Origin: Deltaproteobacteria bacterium
Lineage (GTDB): Bacteria; Desulfobacterota; Desulfobacteria; Desulfobacterales; JAABPS01
Assembly (NCBI GenBank): GCA_019309685.1
Contig: JAFDFT010000004.1
Span: 1-37,824 of the forward strand
Length of the DNA stretch: 37,824 nucleotides
Reading direction: 5' to 3'
Shown here: piece after piece, positions 18,516 through 28,163 of the stretch
Numbering within the stretch: the first letter of the stretch is position 1
Layout: each line of letters opens with the position of its first letter
Program-made: the position numbers and the translations under genes
Notes under the pieces: generated by a model
The model's input: only the letters and a program-made list of their open reading frames with translations
The model's database searches: none
What the model was told of the DNA's origin: nothing

Positions 18516-20288
18516 TTAACTCATGAAAAAGAGCATGATAATAAATAGTGATGCAGCAGCAACACTCATTCCGATAGGCGTAGAGCATGTTTCAAAAGTA
18601 CGATAAACTTTCTTTTGAGTTGCTTTCAGTGCATCTTTTCCTGAACCCATAATAACCTGTATGGGGGTTATCAAAACAATGATGAGCTTTGCAGGTGTAT
18701 TTTTGGCCAGTCGGCTTACAATAAACGGAAGTTTCGTGGATATATATTTATCACACATCCTGTTCATGCCATTTAACATCTTATCCATCGCATAGTAAAA
18801 AAACATGCCACCTTTTCGGTAGAACCAATCTGTATCCAAAAGAAGAACGCCTGCCATTTCCGGGTAGTATCCTGAAACAAACACGATATAAAACGCGAAT
18901 GCGCCGAAAAGGACAACCTGAAATTGTCCGATGATATGAGCCATTGTATACGGCTCATAAGTGACAGGATGAGGGAGGATTTGATACAAACTTTTATAAA
19001 ATACAGCGATCAAAATACATAGAAACGCTGTTATCCCCATGGCAAGGAGCATATTGATTGGCGGCTCTTGTGATTTGATTTCAGGCTTTTTCCCGAAAAA
19101 GGTAAAAAAAGGGACTTTAATCCCTGCATGAAAACAAGCGCATGCTGAAGCGCATTGCAACAGCAGCCAGATGATGGGCATTTTTTCGTGTGAAGAGGCG
19201 GAAATAACCATTGATTTGCTGATAAAACCGCAAAATAGAGGTAAAGCGGAAATCGATGCCGCGCCAATAATACAAAAAATACATGTCAGCGGCATGGTTT
19301 TATAGAGCCCGCCAAGCTCCGTACATTTTGATCTGCCGGTCATCTGAATGACAGAACCTGTAGCCATGAAAAGAAGCGCTGTATAAAGAATACAGCAAAA
19401 CGCATGGGAAATTGTCCCATTTAATGCCAGCGGTGTCCCAATACCGATACCGCACATCATAAAACCGCCCTGACTGATTAGGCTGTAGGCGATAATCCTT
19501 CTGATATCGTCTTCAACGATTGCGTAGATGATGGGGATAACGGCCATGGCAGCCCCCAGCCATATGAGCAGTTCAGCTCCCGGGAAAATCCTCACCATGA
19601 GATAAACCGCACTTTTTGTTGTAAATGCGCTTAAAAATACAGCGCCCGTTACCGTTGCTTCCGGATAGGCGTCTTTTAACCATGGATGCAGCGGATAGAC
19701 GGCAGCATTGACGGCAATTCCAACAAAGATCAAATAGGATGCCAGCCCTTTGAGCTGCATTACGCTGATTTCAGTTGTTCCTGTATGGTGAACGTGTAAA
19801 ACGATTCCAGCCAAAAGACATAACCCGCCAAATACATGCACGAGAATGTATCTGAATGCTGCTGCTTGCGAAGCTTTCGTTCTTCGCGCCAGGATAAGAA
19901 AGGTTGAGCTGATAGCCATCAGTTCCCAGAAAATATAGAGGCTGAACACATCTCCAGCAAAAGTTACGCCAAGCGCTCCCCCCGCATACACAAATGATGA
20001 TACGTGCTGAAGATCATCATCAACATTTAATGAAAACAACATGCCGATAAAAAGCGCTATTGAAAATATATAACCAAAAACAAGTGAAAGCCTGTCAACG
20101 TTTCCAAATATAAGCTCATATCCCATGAAGTGAAACACACTGTGCTTTCCCTCAGGCCAGCTTATTATAAAGAAAAAAGCCAAAACAGGAAGAAAAAGCA
20201 GATACACGGATTTTATCTTTCCTTTTAAAAGAGGGACAAAAAATGCCCCAATAATAATGATAAACGCTGGAGAAATGTTATCGCTCAT
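18516..20288 (-). CDS. Mrp antiporter-like large subunit (MrpA/D, NuoL-like)
   Basis: FWELMAISS, HPWLKDAYPEA, FTTKSAVY, LGGLYKTMP, GFISKS, DTDWFYR. Confidence 0.88.
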   Translation of the reverse strand: MSDNISPAFIIIIGAFFVPLLKGKIKSVYLLFLPVLAFFFIISWPEGKHSVFHFMGYELIFGNVDRLSLVFGYIFSIALFIGMLFSLNVDDDLQHVSSFVYAGGALGVTFAGDVFSLYIFWELMAISSTFLILARRTKASQAAAFRYILVHVFGGLCLLAGIVLHVHHTGTTEISVMQLKGLASYLIFVGIAVNAAVYPLHPWLKDAYPEATVTGAVFLSAFTTKSAVYLMVRIFPGAELLIWLGAAMAVIPIIYAIVEDDIRRIIAYSLISQGGFMMCGIGIGTPLALNGTISHAFCCILYTALLFMATGSVIQMTGRSKCTELGGLYKTMPLTCIFCIIGAASISALPLFCGFISKSMVISASSHEKMPIIWLLLQCASACACFHAGIKVPFFTFFGKKPEIKSQEPPINMLLAMGITAFLCILIAVFYKSLYQILPHPVTYEPYTMAHIIGQFQVVLFGAFAFYIVFVSGYYPEMAGVLLLDTDWFYRKGGMFFYYAMDKMLNGMNRMCDKYISTKLPFIVSRLAKNTPAKLIIVLITPIQVIMGSGKDALKATQKKVYRTFETCSTPIGMSVAAASLFIIMLFFMS

Positions 20289-20517
20289 AATAATCCGAAT
20301 TTCTTTTTAAAATTTTGCTCACTATAATTGCCGCGCCAAAAACCAGAATGCAGGAAAAAATTCCGTATATTGGAAAAAAGAAAAGCAGGCCTTCCAAAAA
20401 TAACTCAGCATGTTTATGAACAAAAAATTCAATGAAAAATAAAAGAAAAAGAAACGAGTAAAATATAATAAGAAGCCGTCGAATCTCTTTTGATTTTCCA
20501 AGCCATTTTATCTTCAT
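20278..20517 (-). CDS. Small two-TM Mrp-cluster accessory protein
   Basis: Two hydrophobic segments and tail ILKRNSDYYER. Overlaps the start of the next gene. Confidence 0.7.
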   Translation of the reverse strand: MKIKWLGKSKEIRRLLIIFYSFLFLLFFIEFFVHKHAELFLEGLLFFFPIYGIFSCILVFGAAIIVSKILKRNSDYYER

Positions 20518-20529
20518 TAGCGATATTCC

Positions 20530-22008
20530 TTACTTGATAAATATACTTTCTGCAGCCATCTGAGCCAAAGAAAGAAACGGTTCCGGATGGAAAAAAAGAA
20601 CGATCGATCCGATCGCCGTTATACATATTGGAATTAAACACCAGATCGGCGCTTCATCAATTCTGTTACTAACACGGGTTTCCTTCGATTGGTTAAAAAA
20701 AGCACTGTAAACAATTGGAAAAAAATAAGCGGCATTCAACAGCGAGCTGACCAGTATCACGGCCAATAATGCCAATTGGCCGGCATCAAGTGTCCCCAGT
20801 ACTAAATGCCATTTACTAATAAATCCGCCGCAGGGCGGCAGCCCGATAACGCTTAAAGAGCCGATAAAAAACGCGGCCATGGTGATAGGCATTCTTTTTC
20901 CAATACCATCCATCTGGCTGATATTTTTTATGCCTGTGGCAACAAAAATAGCGCCCGCGCAAAAAAAGAGAGTGATTTTGCCAAACGCATGCATGGCAAT
21001 ATGAAGGATACCGCCAACAAATCCTCTGGGTGACAGAAGTGCCGCGCCAAGGACAATATACGATAGCTGCCCGATGGTAGAAAAAGCCAGACGCCGTTTC
21101 AATCCATCCTGCGATAGGGCGATACACGAAGCCGTAATAATGGTAAATGAGGCAATAACACAAACAATAATATTCAGATGAGAATTAGAAAGCAGCTCAA
21201 CGCCAAACACGCCCGTGATGACACGAATCACACAAAACACACCGACCTTTACCACCGCCACAGCATGAAGAAGCGCGCTAACCGGCGTGGGAGCAACCAT
21301 GGCAGCCGGAAGCCATGAATGAAAAGGCATGATGGCTGCCTTGGCAAATCCAAAAAGCATGATAACCAAAAGAGCCGCTATCAGTGCTGGAGATACGTCC
21401 ATCGATAAAAATCCAGATTTTGTAAATTCCAGGGTTCCGGTCATATTGTAAATTACCAGCATGCAAGGAAGGACAAATCCAATGGATAAACCAACAATAT
21501 AAAGCAGGTATTTTCTACCCGAACGTCGAGCTTCCATATCCTGATGGTGGGTCACCAGCGGATACGTAGAAAACGATAACATTTCGTAAAACAAATAAAG
21601 CGTGAAAAGGTTTGAAGAAAAAGCCACGCCCATGGTCGCGGATAGAGACAGTGCAAAAAAACTAAAATACCGCGTCTGGCTGTGCTCATTGAGTCCCCGC
21701 ATGTACCCGATGGAATAGGCTGATGTAATAATCCATAGAAATGAAGACACAATGGCAAAGAGAAGCCCTAAAGAATCAACTCTAAAACCTATGGATACAC
21801 CTGAAAAAATATCAACCAGCGTGAAAATAATTTCTTTACCTGAAAGGATGACAGGAATCATGGAAACAACTATTAAAAACTTGGCAATAGCCGCTATAAA
21901 CGTCCAGACTTCACGAATATTAGGTCTTTTACTGAACACGATAAACGGTACAGCGGTAACTGATACAAGTATTGCCAATAATGGTTTTATGGATAAAATT
22001 GTTTCCAT
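20530..22008 (-). CDS. Monovalent cation/H+ antiporter subunit D family protein
   Basis: FYEMLS, KAAIMPFHSWLPAAMVAPTPVSALLHAVAVVKVG, HAFGKITLF, GFISKW. Confidence 0.9.
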   Translation of the reverse strand: METILSIKPLLAILVSVTAVPFIVFSKRPNIREVWTFIAAIAKFLIVVSMIPVILSGKEIIFTLVDIFSGVSIGFRVDSLGLLFAIVSSFLWIITSAYSIGYMRGLNEHSQTRYFSFFALSLSATMGVAFSSNLFTLYLFYEMLSFSTYPLVTHHQDMEARRSGRKYLLYIVGLSIGFVLPCMLVIYNMTGTLEFTKSGFLSMDVSPALIAALLVIMLFGFAKAAIMPFHSWLPAAMVAPTPVSALLHAVAVVKVGVFCVIRVITGVFGVELLSNSHLNIIVCVIASFTIITASCIALSQDGLKRRLAFSTIGQLSYIVLGAALLSPRGFVGGILHIAMHAFGKITLFFCAGAIFVATGIKNISQMDGIGKRMPITMAAFFIGSLSVIGLPPCGGFISKWHLVLGTLDAGQLALLAVILVSSLLNAAYFFPIVYSAFFNQSKETRVSNRIDEAPIWCLIPICITAIGSIVLFFHPEPFLSLAQMAAESIFIK

Positions 22009-22019
22009 TCTATCTGATC

Positions 22020-23516
22020 TTATATGATCCCTGTTGGTATAGCGAACTGGATGATCGCTGTCACAATATGTCCGGTAAATATCCCAAGCGCAAGGAGCAG
22101 TATCGCTGCCATGAGGAGTGGCACCAGCATATCTCTTGGCGCTTCGTTAAATAGTGTCTCTTCATCTTTTTGATGCGCGTTAGGATGATTCGTAAAAGGC
22201 TCATAATAGCCGATCTCGATAACCCTGAAAAAGAGCACAACATTAACAAGACTGCTGAAAATGAGCGCACCCACAAAACCAAATTCCCCCGCGGCAATAC
22301 CCCCTGAAATAAGGTACCATTTGCTAAAAAACCCGCAAAACGGCGGCACACCTATAATCGACAACGCCCCTGCTGTAAATGCTGCCATAGTAAATGGCAT
22401 TTTGACAAACAGACCCTTCATATCTTCAAACGAATCGCTTTTTAGCATGTACAAAATATTGCCTGCGGCAAGAAACAAACACAGGGTCATTGCCGCATCA
22501 TTGACAATATGCAGAATCGACCCGGTAATTCCCTGGCGGTTTCCCAACCACAGTCCACCAACCATATACCCAACCTCGGCAACAATGATATAGGTGAGCA
22601 TCTTTTTCAGACTTTTTTGTGATAACGCAAATAGAGATCCCATGACGATAGCAAGAACCGAAAGCCATACCATGGGTTTTGATATGTTTAGAAATACAAA
22701 CGAAAATTGAGGCGTAAACAAGTACAATGTAACGCGTATCATCACGTAAATCATTACCTTGGTAGTCAGCGGTGCGATCAAGCTGACGGCTGATGATTGG
22801 GCGTACGAATATGCGTTGGGCAGCCACGCGTGCAAAGGGAAAAACGCCATCTTTATAAAAAGACCGATCATGCAAAAAATAAACGCGAATAGGACCACCC
22901 CGGAATCATAGATATCTGGAAGCAGGTTCGCGATATCGGCTATATTCAATGACCCGGTCACAAGATAGATATATCCAATTCCCAACAGGTAGAAGCTGGC
23001 ACCAATGGTTCCCATAATAAGATAGTTCAGACTTGATAAAGCTGCCCTATCCTTCCCAAGGCCAATAAGCGCGTAACCGGTAAGCGATGCAATTTCAAGC
23101 AATACATATAAATTAAACGCGTCACCGGTCACAACAATGCCGGACAGTCCGGTCACAAAAAGGACATACAGCGCATAAAAAGGCCCTTCCTTACCCGAAA
23201 AATCCTGCTGAACCGGCTTGTGAGTCGTTACAATATTTAAAACCGCAACCGCAGAGATAACAACAAGAACCAGACTGTTTAAATGATCTATCCGGTATTC
23301 AATCCCCCATGGAGGTGCCCAGCCGCCAAGTCTATATTGAACGGTACCATTCTCTAAAACCATCATCAACACGCCAATGGATGCAAAAAGAGAAACTGTC
23401 AGAGAAAAAACGGCAATAGGAAAGCACAGCCTTTTATTCAGCCAGCCTGTAGCTGAAATAAGAAAAGCCGAAATAAGCGGAACGATAATGACAAGTGCTG
23501 GAAAGTGCTCACTCAT
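22020..23516 (-). CDS. mrpD: Mrp antiporter subunit D
   Basis: LGGWAPPWGIE, DAFNLYVLLEI, KMAFFPLHAWLPNAY, GFFSKW. Confidence 0.88.
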   Translation of the reverse strand: MSEHFPALVIIVPLISAFLISATGWLNKRLCFPIAVFSLTVSLFASIGVLMMVLENGTVQYRLGGWAPPWGIEYRIDHLNSLVLVVISAVAVLNIVTTHKPVQQDFSGKEGPFYALYVLFVTGLSGIVVTGDAFNLYVLLEIASLTGYALIGLGKDRAALSSLNYLIMGTIGASFYLLGIGYIYLVTGSLNIADIANLLPDIYDSGVVLFAFIFCMIGLFIKMAFFPLHAWLPNAYSYAQSSAVSLIAPLTTKVMIYVMIRVTLYLFTPQFSFVFLNISKPMVWLSVLAIVMGSLFALSQKSLKKMLTYIIVAEVGYMVGGLWLGNRQGITGSILHIVNDAAMTLCLFLAAGNILYMLKSDSFEDMKGLFVKMPFTMAAFTAGALSIIGVPPFCGFFSKWYLISGGIAAGEFGFVGALIFSSLVNVVLFFRVIEIGYYEPFTNHPNAHQKDEETLFNEAPRDMLVPLLMAAILLLALGIFTGHIVTAIIQFAIPTGII

Positions 23517-23643
23517 TGTTAGATTTAATTTTTAGATATCTAAATATAAAATCTATCATGAAATGATTAAAAAAATCGACCATACGTTTAAGAAATAAAG
23601 TCTTTAACCACTCGCCCCTTTTCTGAAACCACTGGCCATTGTT

Positions 23644-24045
23644 TTATTTTGCCTGATCTCTGATCTTTTTATTGATCTCATCTTCTTCGAGCGTGTCGTA
23701 TTCACGATACACTTTTATGGCCAGTGCCAATGCTACACCGAGAGTCGCCACTGATACGACAATGGCTGTCAGCATGAGAACATGCGGCAAAGGATTAATA
23801 TATTCAGCAGCGTGAATGACATGCTTTTCTTTGCCATGACCATGAGATATGATCGGGATAGTCGCTCCCTTTTTTACCCCAATAGAAACATAAAACAAAA
23901 TAATACCAGTCTGGAAAATATTCATACCAATGATCTTTTTTACTAAGTTTTTCTTGACCATCATGGCGTAAAGACCAATCATCATCAATAAGATAAAGCC
24001 CCAATAGTTATACTTTGAAATAATTGTCGTTAAAATTTCATTCAT
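23644..24045 (-). CDS. mrpC: Mrp antiporter subunit C
   Basis: NLVKKIIG, NPLPHVLMLTAIVV, YDTLEEDEI. Confidence 0.92.
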   Translation of the reverse strand: MNEILTTIISKYNYWGFILLMMIGLYAMMVKKNLVKKIIGMNIFQTGIILFYVSIGVKKGATIPIISHGHGKEKHVIHAAEYINPLPHVLMLTAIVVSVATLGVALALAIKVYREYDTLEEDEINKKIRDQAK

Positions 24046-24074
24046 TAATCAATATTGTTTTAAAGGGTCATTAT

Positions 24075-24251
24075 GACTGTCTCGTATAAAGTCAAAATTG
24101 TGGTGGTAAAGTGAAAAGTTCAAGTTTCCCGCCTATAGCGGGATTTCCGCTTTGCTCCAACAAACGACGCAAATACTGAGAAATAAGTCGTACTTATAGT
24201 ACGTCGAATGAACTCAGGATGCAGCGCAACACCGTCCCGCTATAGGCGGGA
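24075..24251. repeat. Family C palindromic element (right end missing) with a paired 17-bp inverted hairpin
   Basis: Collinear with 26663-26809. TCCCGCCTATAGCGGGA (24127-24143) and its exact reverse complement (24235-24251). Confidence 0.75.
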
Positions 24252-25082
24252 TTACAAACCTTCATCATGCCTGCCGGCAGAAGAAAGGTTATAGTATATC
24301 CATATCATGACAGCCATCACAGCGAGTCCCACACCAATTTCCACAATCAGTATTCCATGAGATCTTGCCATGACTGAATTCACATTCAAAACAGGTGCGA
24401 GAGCACTGTAATCAAGAAAATTCGCCCCAAGGACAAGACAAAGAGCACCGGCTCCAGCGTAAATAAAAACACCCGTCGCGCTAAGAAACGCACCTAGCCT
24501 CTCGCTCATTCTACTAATCGCAGTTCTCAAATCTGTTGAAATAGCGAATAAAATGACTGAAGCACCAAGTATAACACCTCCCTGAAATCCCCCTCCGGGG
24601 CTATGGTGCCCATGGGAGATGACATACAAAGCAAATAACTGGATAAAAGGAATAACCATGCGGCAGGTTGTATTTATGATCAGATCATAGGGTACCCATT
24701 GGGTATCGATTCGCTTAAAAATATTTGAATCGTCCGGCTCCTTCCCCCCCTTTTCAATCCGAAGTGTTATCCCTGTAGGGAGATGTCGGTAAAGTGTTAC
24801 TGAGGGCTCCATCCTTCTTGTGATTCTAAGAAGAAAAAAACAGGCGATACCGGCACAAAAAATAACCGTTGTTTCAAACATGGTATCATAACCGCGGTAA
24901 TCGGCCAGTACGGCAGTGACAATGTTGGGGACTGCTGTGTCATCCAAAGCTTTTTCAATGTAATACGGAGATACATGTGTACTTGCGGGAGATGCCGGAT
25001 GTCCCCAGTCAGGAAAATCGGATGTATGATATATAAGTATAGACCCGCATAAAATGACAATGACTAAGCCCAATATCCTCAA
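24252..25082 (-). CDS. mrpB: Mrp antiporter subunit B (MbhE-like + MnhB fusion)
   Basis: PNIVTAVLADYRGYDTMFE and HGHHSPGGGFQGG. The TTG at 25082 overlaps the upstream TGA, so the track start at 25205 is too long. Confidence 0.88.
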   Translation of the reverse strand: MRILGLVIVILCGSILIYHTSDFPDWGHPASPASTHVSPYYIEKALDDTAVPNIVTAVLADYRGYDTMFETTVIFCAGIACFFLLRITRRMEPSVTLYRHLPTGITLRIEKGGKEPDDSNIFKRIDTQWVPYDLIINTTCRMVIPFIQLFALYVISHGHHSPGGGFQGGVILGASVILFAISTDLRTAISRMSERLGAFLSATGVFIYAGAGALCLVLGANFLDYSALAPVLNVNSVMARSHGILIVEIGVGLAVMAVMIWIYYNLSSAGRHDEGL

Positions 25083-25324
25083 TCTTTTGTTCTCCTTGTT
25101 GTTCGAAAAACCGCTGCCACAAACAGCACAGTACTGACCCCGGCGCCAACGGATGCCTCTGTAAATGCCACATCCACAGCTCCCATCACCGCCCACAACA
25201 GACACATCATAAAGCTATAAGCGCCAAACAAAATACCCGCGCCAAGGAGGTCCCGAATATTTATTGCAGCAATGCCGCAAATAACAACCATTGTCAGCAC
25301 GATAAGATCCAGCTGCCAGCTCAT
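25079..25324 (-). CDS. DUF4040 / MbhD-like Mrp subunit
   Basis: RDLLGA..MGAVDVAFTEASVGAG. Confidence 0.88.
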   Translation of the reverse strand: MSWQLDLIVLTMVVICGIAAINIRDLLGAGILFGAYSFMMCLLWAVMGAVDVAFTEASVGAGVSTVLFVAAVFRTTRRTKD

Positions 25325-25653
25325 GGATGTTCTTCCTTTTCTTTTTTTGTCCAGGGTCTGAGCCCCGCCCTCACCCCCGCGTCAATAATAGCATGGGTTG
25401 CCGTGGGGCTTGTTATAAAAACAAATACAACGATTAATAAAATCTTAAAGCCGGTAAACAAAGAACTCATAGACAGATCATGAATTGTGTGCAGCGCCAT
25501 ACCTGCCATGGCCATTAACAGGCCCGCAGTGTCCAGTTTGCCTGCCGGATGGAGCCGGGAATAAAAATCCGGAAACCGAATAATACCCACAGCGCCGCCT
25601 GTAAAAAAGAAGAGGCCGCAGAAAAGAAGTATCACCGCGATTACGTCCATCAT
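25321..25653 (-). CDS. mrpG: Mrp antiporter subunit G
   Basis: GIIRFPDFYSRLH, TSPTATHAI. Confidence 0.92.
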   Translation of the reverse strand: MMDVIAVILLFCGLFFFTGGAVGIIRFPDFYSRLHPAGKLDTAGLLMAMAGMALHTIHDLSMSSLFTGFKILLIVVFVFITSPTATHAIIDAGVRAGLRPWTKKEKEEHP

Positions 25654-25718
25654 AACACTTTTACTCCTGTCATTTAAAACCCAAAACCACGCTCAGGCTC
25701 TTGGAAATGGCATAACAC

Positions 25719-26006
25719 CTATCTTCGATCTGCTTCGTCGTACAAGCCTTTTTTCTTTTGAAAATATCTTGAAGCCGCCAGCACCGCTATAAAGTTTAAC
25801 ATGGCATAAGCCAGCGCGATATCAACAAACATATCAACCCGTTTATACATCAGTCCAATTAGCACCAGAAGTGCGGTTGTTTTACTTCCAATAGCATTCA
25901 CGCCTATTAATCGATCCAAAACAGTTGGGCCGGCAACTGCTCTGTAAAGTGAAAATGCCATTACGAGACACAAATATATTGAAGCGTAAAGAAATATACT
26001 ATTCAT
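25719..26006 (-). CDS. mrpF: Mrp antiporter subunit F
   Basis: YRAVAGPTVLDRL, DIALAYAMLNF. Confidence 0.92.
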   Translation of the reverse strand: MNSIFLYASIYLCLVMAFSLYRAVAGPTVLDRLIGVNAIGSKTTALLVLIGLMYKRVDMFVDIALAYAMLNFIAVLAASRYFQKKKGLYDEADRR

Positions 26007-26593
26007 TATTCACCAAAAGCCCTGGCTATCCTTTCCTCCATCTCGCCAGGGAGCGCCTGCCCTGACGCCTGGTCAATGATATGGACTCTGAAATCTCCGT
26101 ACACAGACACGTACACGGTTATTGTTCCCGGTGTAAGTGTAATGGAATTTGCGAATGTGACAAGCGACATATCGCTTTTAAGCCTGCTTTTGAAAGTAAT
26201 TATCTTAGGATCAATAAGCTCCATCATTTGGGGATGCAATACAAGGCGCATCACATGTATATTGGCGAGAAAAATCTGATACAATAGCCATGGAATATAT
26301 TTTATAAACCTGAACCATACCAATGGTATTCGTCTATTCACCGGTTGTGAAAAAAGCAGATCACAGGAATAAAATGAAATGATCATGCAAGATATCACAC
26401 CAAGGGAAATATGAAACAGATCGAACCTTCCGGATAGGAGCAGCCAGATACCAAATAGAATAAAAAAGGTGATGAATACAGGCAGTAGAAATAGCTGGAA
26501 AATTTTTTTGATTTGCAGATACGCTGATGTGGCAGGCCCGACAAGCGGCTGGAGTGGGTCTTTGCTTTGATTTCCCTGTTCGTGATCAGCCAA
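26006..26593 (-). CDS. mrpE: Mrp antiporter subunit E
   Basis: WLLLSG, ANIHV, FANSITLTPGTIT. TTG start. Confidence 0.92.
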   Translation of the reverse strand: MADHEQGNQSKDPLQPLVGPATSAYLQIKKIFQLFLLPVFITFFILFGIWLLLSGRFDLFHISLGVISCMIISFYSCDLLFSQPVNRRIPLVWFRFIKYIPWLLYQIFLANIHVMRLVLHPQMMELIDPKIITFKSRLKSDMSLVTFANSITLTPGTITVYVSVYGDFRVHIIDQASGQALPGEMEERIARAFGE

Positions 26594-26662
26594 TATTCAA
26601 TTCCCCCGTTCATTGAAAAGGCAGGTAGTAACTACAAAAACAGGTAATTCCTCAATATTATT

Positions 26663-26809
26663 GATGATCTCGCAAAAGTGAGTGATGATAAAGTAAAAAG
26701 TTTAAGTTCAAGGCGTCGCAAACCCCGAGGAATGAGGCGTACTTTTAAGTACGTTGCAATGACGAGGTATGCAGTGCAACGCTGAAATTGGACTTTTTAC
26801 GAAGTCATC
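26663..26809. mobile_element. Family C MITE/REPIN-like palindromic element
   Basis: TIR GATGATCTCGCAAAAGT / ACTTTTTACGAAGTCATC, a second left end at 26684, and central hairpin GCGTACTT-tt-AAGTACGT. Confidence 0.8.
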
Positions 26810-27436
26810 CTATTCTACCAATTCACATACAAGCTCACATGCTTTATCCATATCAACCTTGCTCATATTCAAAACAAGATGATAAGGATTGTGATCATCA
26901 TAGTCAGTTTTTCCGAGCCTTCGATAAAGGTTCGCTCTTTTTAAATCATCTATATTTACAGCTTTTGCGGCGTCCCGGCGTGACAGGTTGTACTTTTTTT
27001 CCATAAATTTTACACGATCTTCCCTGTTGGCAACCATGAGTATTCTGTATACATCATCATAATCCTTTAAAAAATATTGACTGCCCCGTCCCATAATAAC
27101 CGCATTGCCTTCATCCGCAATATCGCGAATAATTTTTTCAAGCAGATCAACATAGATCTCTTCTTCAATAATTTCCTCATCAGAACTGGGAGTAAGACTT
27201 CGCAGGCCTTTCGATGTAACTTTTGAAACAAATCTCTTGAAAATACCTCTGGTATCCATTTCATGGCTATCTATTGACGCCGCGGAAACTTTGGCTTCGA
27301 TTGAGACCAGTTGAATAACCTCATTATCAACAAACGTATAATTCAGCTTTTTCGCAACCATTTCGCCCAGGGTCTTTCCGCCGGAACCAAAATGCCGTGA
27401 GATTGAAATAACTGCCATGCGAACCTCCTTTCTCAT
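26810..27436 (-). CDS. Cytidylate kinase-like family protein
   Basis: VISISRHFGSGG, GNAVIMGRG, D..R..Y, YHLVLN. The start may be the second Met (MAVISIS, after GGAGG). Confidence 0.88.
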   Translation of the reverse strand: MRKEVRMAVISISRHFGSGGKTLGEMVAKKLNYTFVDNEVIQLVSIEAKVSAASIDSHEMDTRGIFKRFVSKVTSKGLRSLTPSSDEEIIEEEIYVDLLEKIIRDIADEGNAVIMGRGSQYFLKDYDDVYRILMVANREDRVKFMEKKYNLSRRDAAKAVNIDDLKRANLYRRLGKTDYDDHNPYHLVLNMSKVDMDKACELVCELVE

Positions 27437-27454
27437 TTAGCAGATTTTTATTTG

Positions 27455-27483
27455 AGCATAATGAAAAGCCGCCTTTGAGTCAA
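27455..27483 (-). promoter_or_regulatory. Sigma70 promoter upstream of the cytidylate-kinase-like/Mrp cluster
   Basis: TTGACT-17 nt-TATGCT on the minus strand. Confidence 0.55.
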
Positions 27484-27670
27484 GCAGGAAAATACTATAC
27501 GTTCGTCAACAGATTGTAATTTTTATTCTTTTTTCTCCAGTCTTTTGAACTTTAGCAGGTATTGAAAGGCTGCAAAAGGTTATATCGTCTTTACCTTGTA
27601 GCCATGGTAAAAAACTTGATATATCTGGTTGTTGCCAAACTCTAATTGAACAGCTATTTATTTTTCATGA

Positions 27671-28078
27671 TTATTCTTTATGCTTTTGATGAATCTTATC
27701 AAAATATTCTTTTTTAGAGAAGAATGCTTTATACAGCAAATGCATTTCTTCCTGTGTGCACACATTGCCGGCATGAAATCTTAATTTCTCTGACTGTTCA
27801 AACACTGTATTGATTAGTTCACAAGGATATTCATTACAAAAACCGCAATTCTTTACCCCCTTTTCTTGAACGCATACACGAAGATTCATATAAGCGCATT
27901 TATTTTCAGGCTTACACCCATAACACGCCATGTCTTGAACAGGAAAATCCAGCTCTCTTAAACCAAGACGAACCCATAATTTTTTGACATTTTCTAACTC
28001 CTCAACACTTCTAGTTTTTGTTGCGATATATCTAGGGCAGTAAAAACAATTATCACCGCATATTGCAGTTAAATCCAT
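27671..28078 (-). CDS. DUF3795-like Cys-rich protein
   Basis: CGDNCFYC..CYGC..C..C..CGFCNEYPC. GGAGG lies 8 nt before ATG 28078. Confidence 0.8.
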   Translation of the reverse strand: MDLTAICGDNCFYCPRYIATKTRSVEELENVKKLWVRLGLRELDFPVQDMACYGCKPENKCAYMNLRVCVQEKGVKNCGFCNEYPCELINTVFEQSEKLRFHAGNVCTQEEMHLLYKAFFSKKEYFDKIHQKHKE

Positions 28079-28163
28079 TATATCCACCTCCTGTAACGGA
28101 TTTATTTTCGAGTTCTCATATACTGGAGTTCAGCAAAAATGCCTTCACATACCAAATAGCAAA

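Noticed and set aside
18499-18588. CCCC-containing extension on the cNMP protein
   Set aside because: Overlaps the end of the Mrp gene in another frame. The SD supports ATG 18498.
25083-25205. Cys-rich N-terminal extension of MrpB (CGCG..CAVC)
   Set aside because: Alternate-frame read of the DUF4040 gene. The TTG at 25082 is the coupled start.
27484-27670. Possible gene remnant between the cmk-like gene and DUF3795
   Set aside because: Only short open stretches without a start, SD or recognisable motif.
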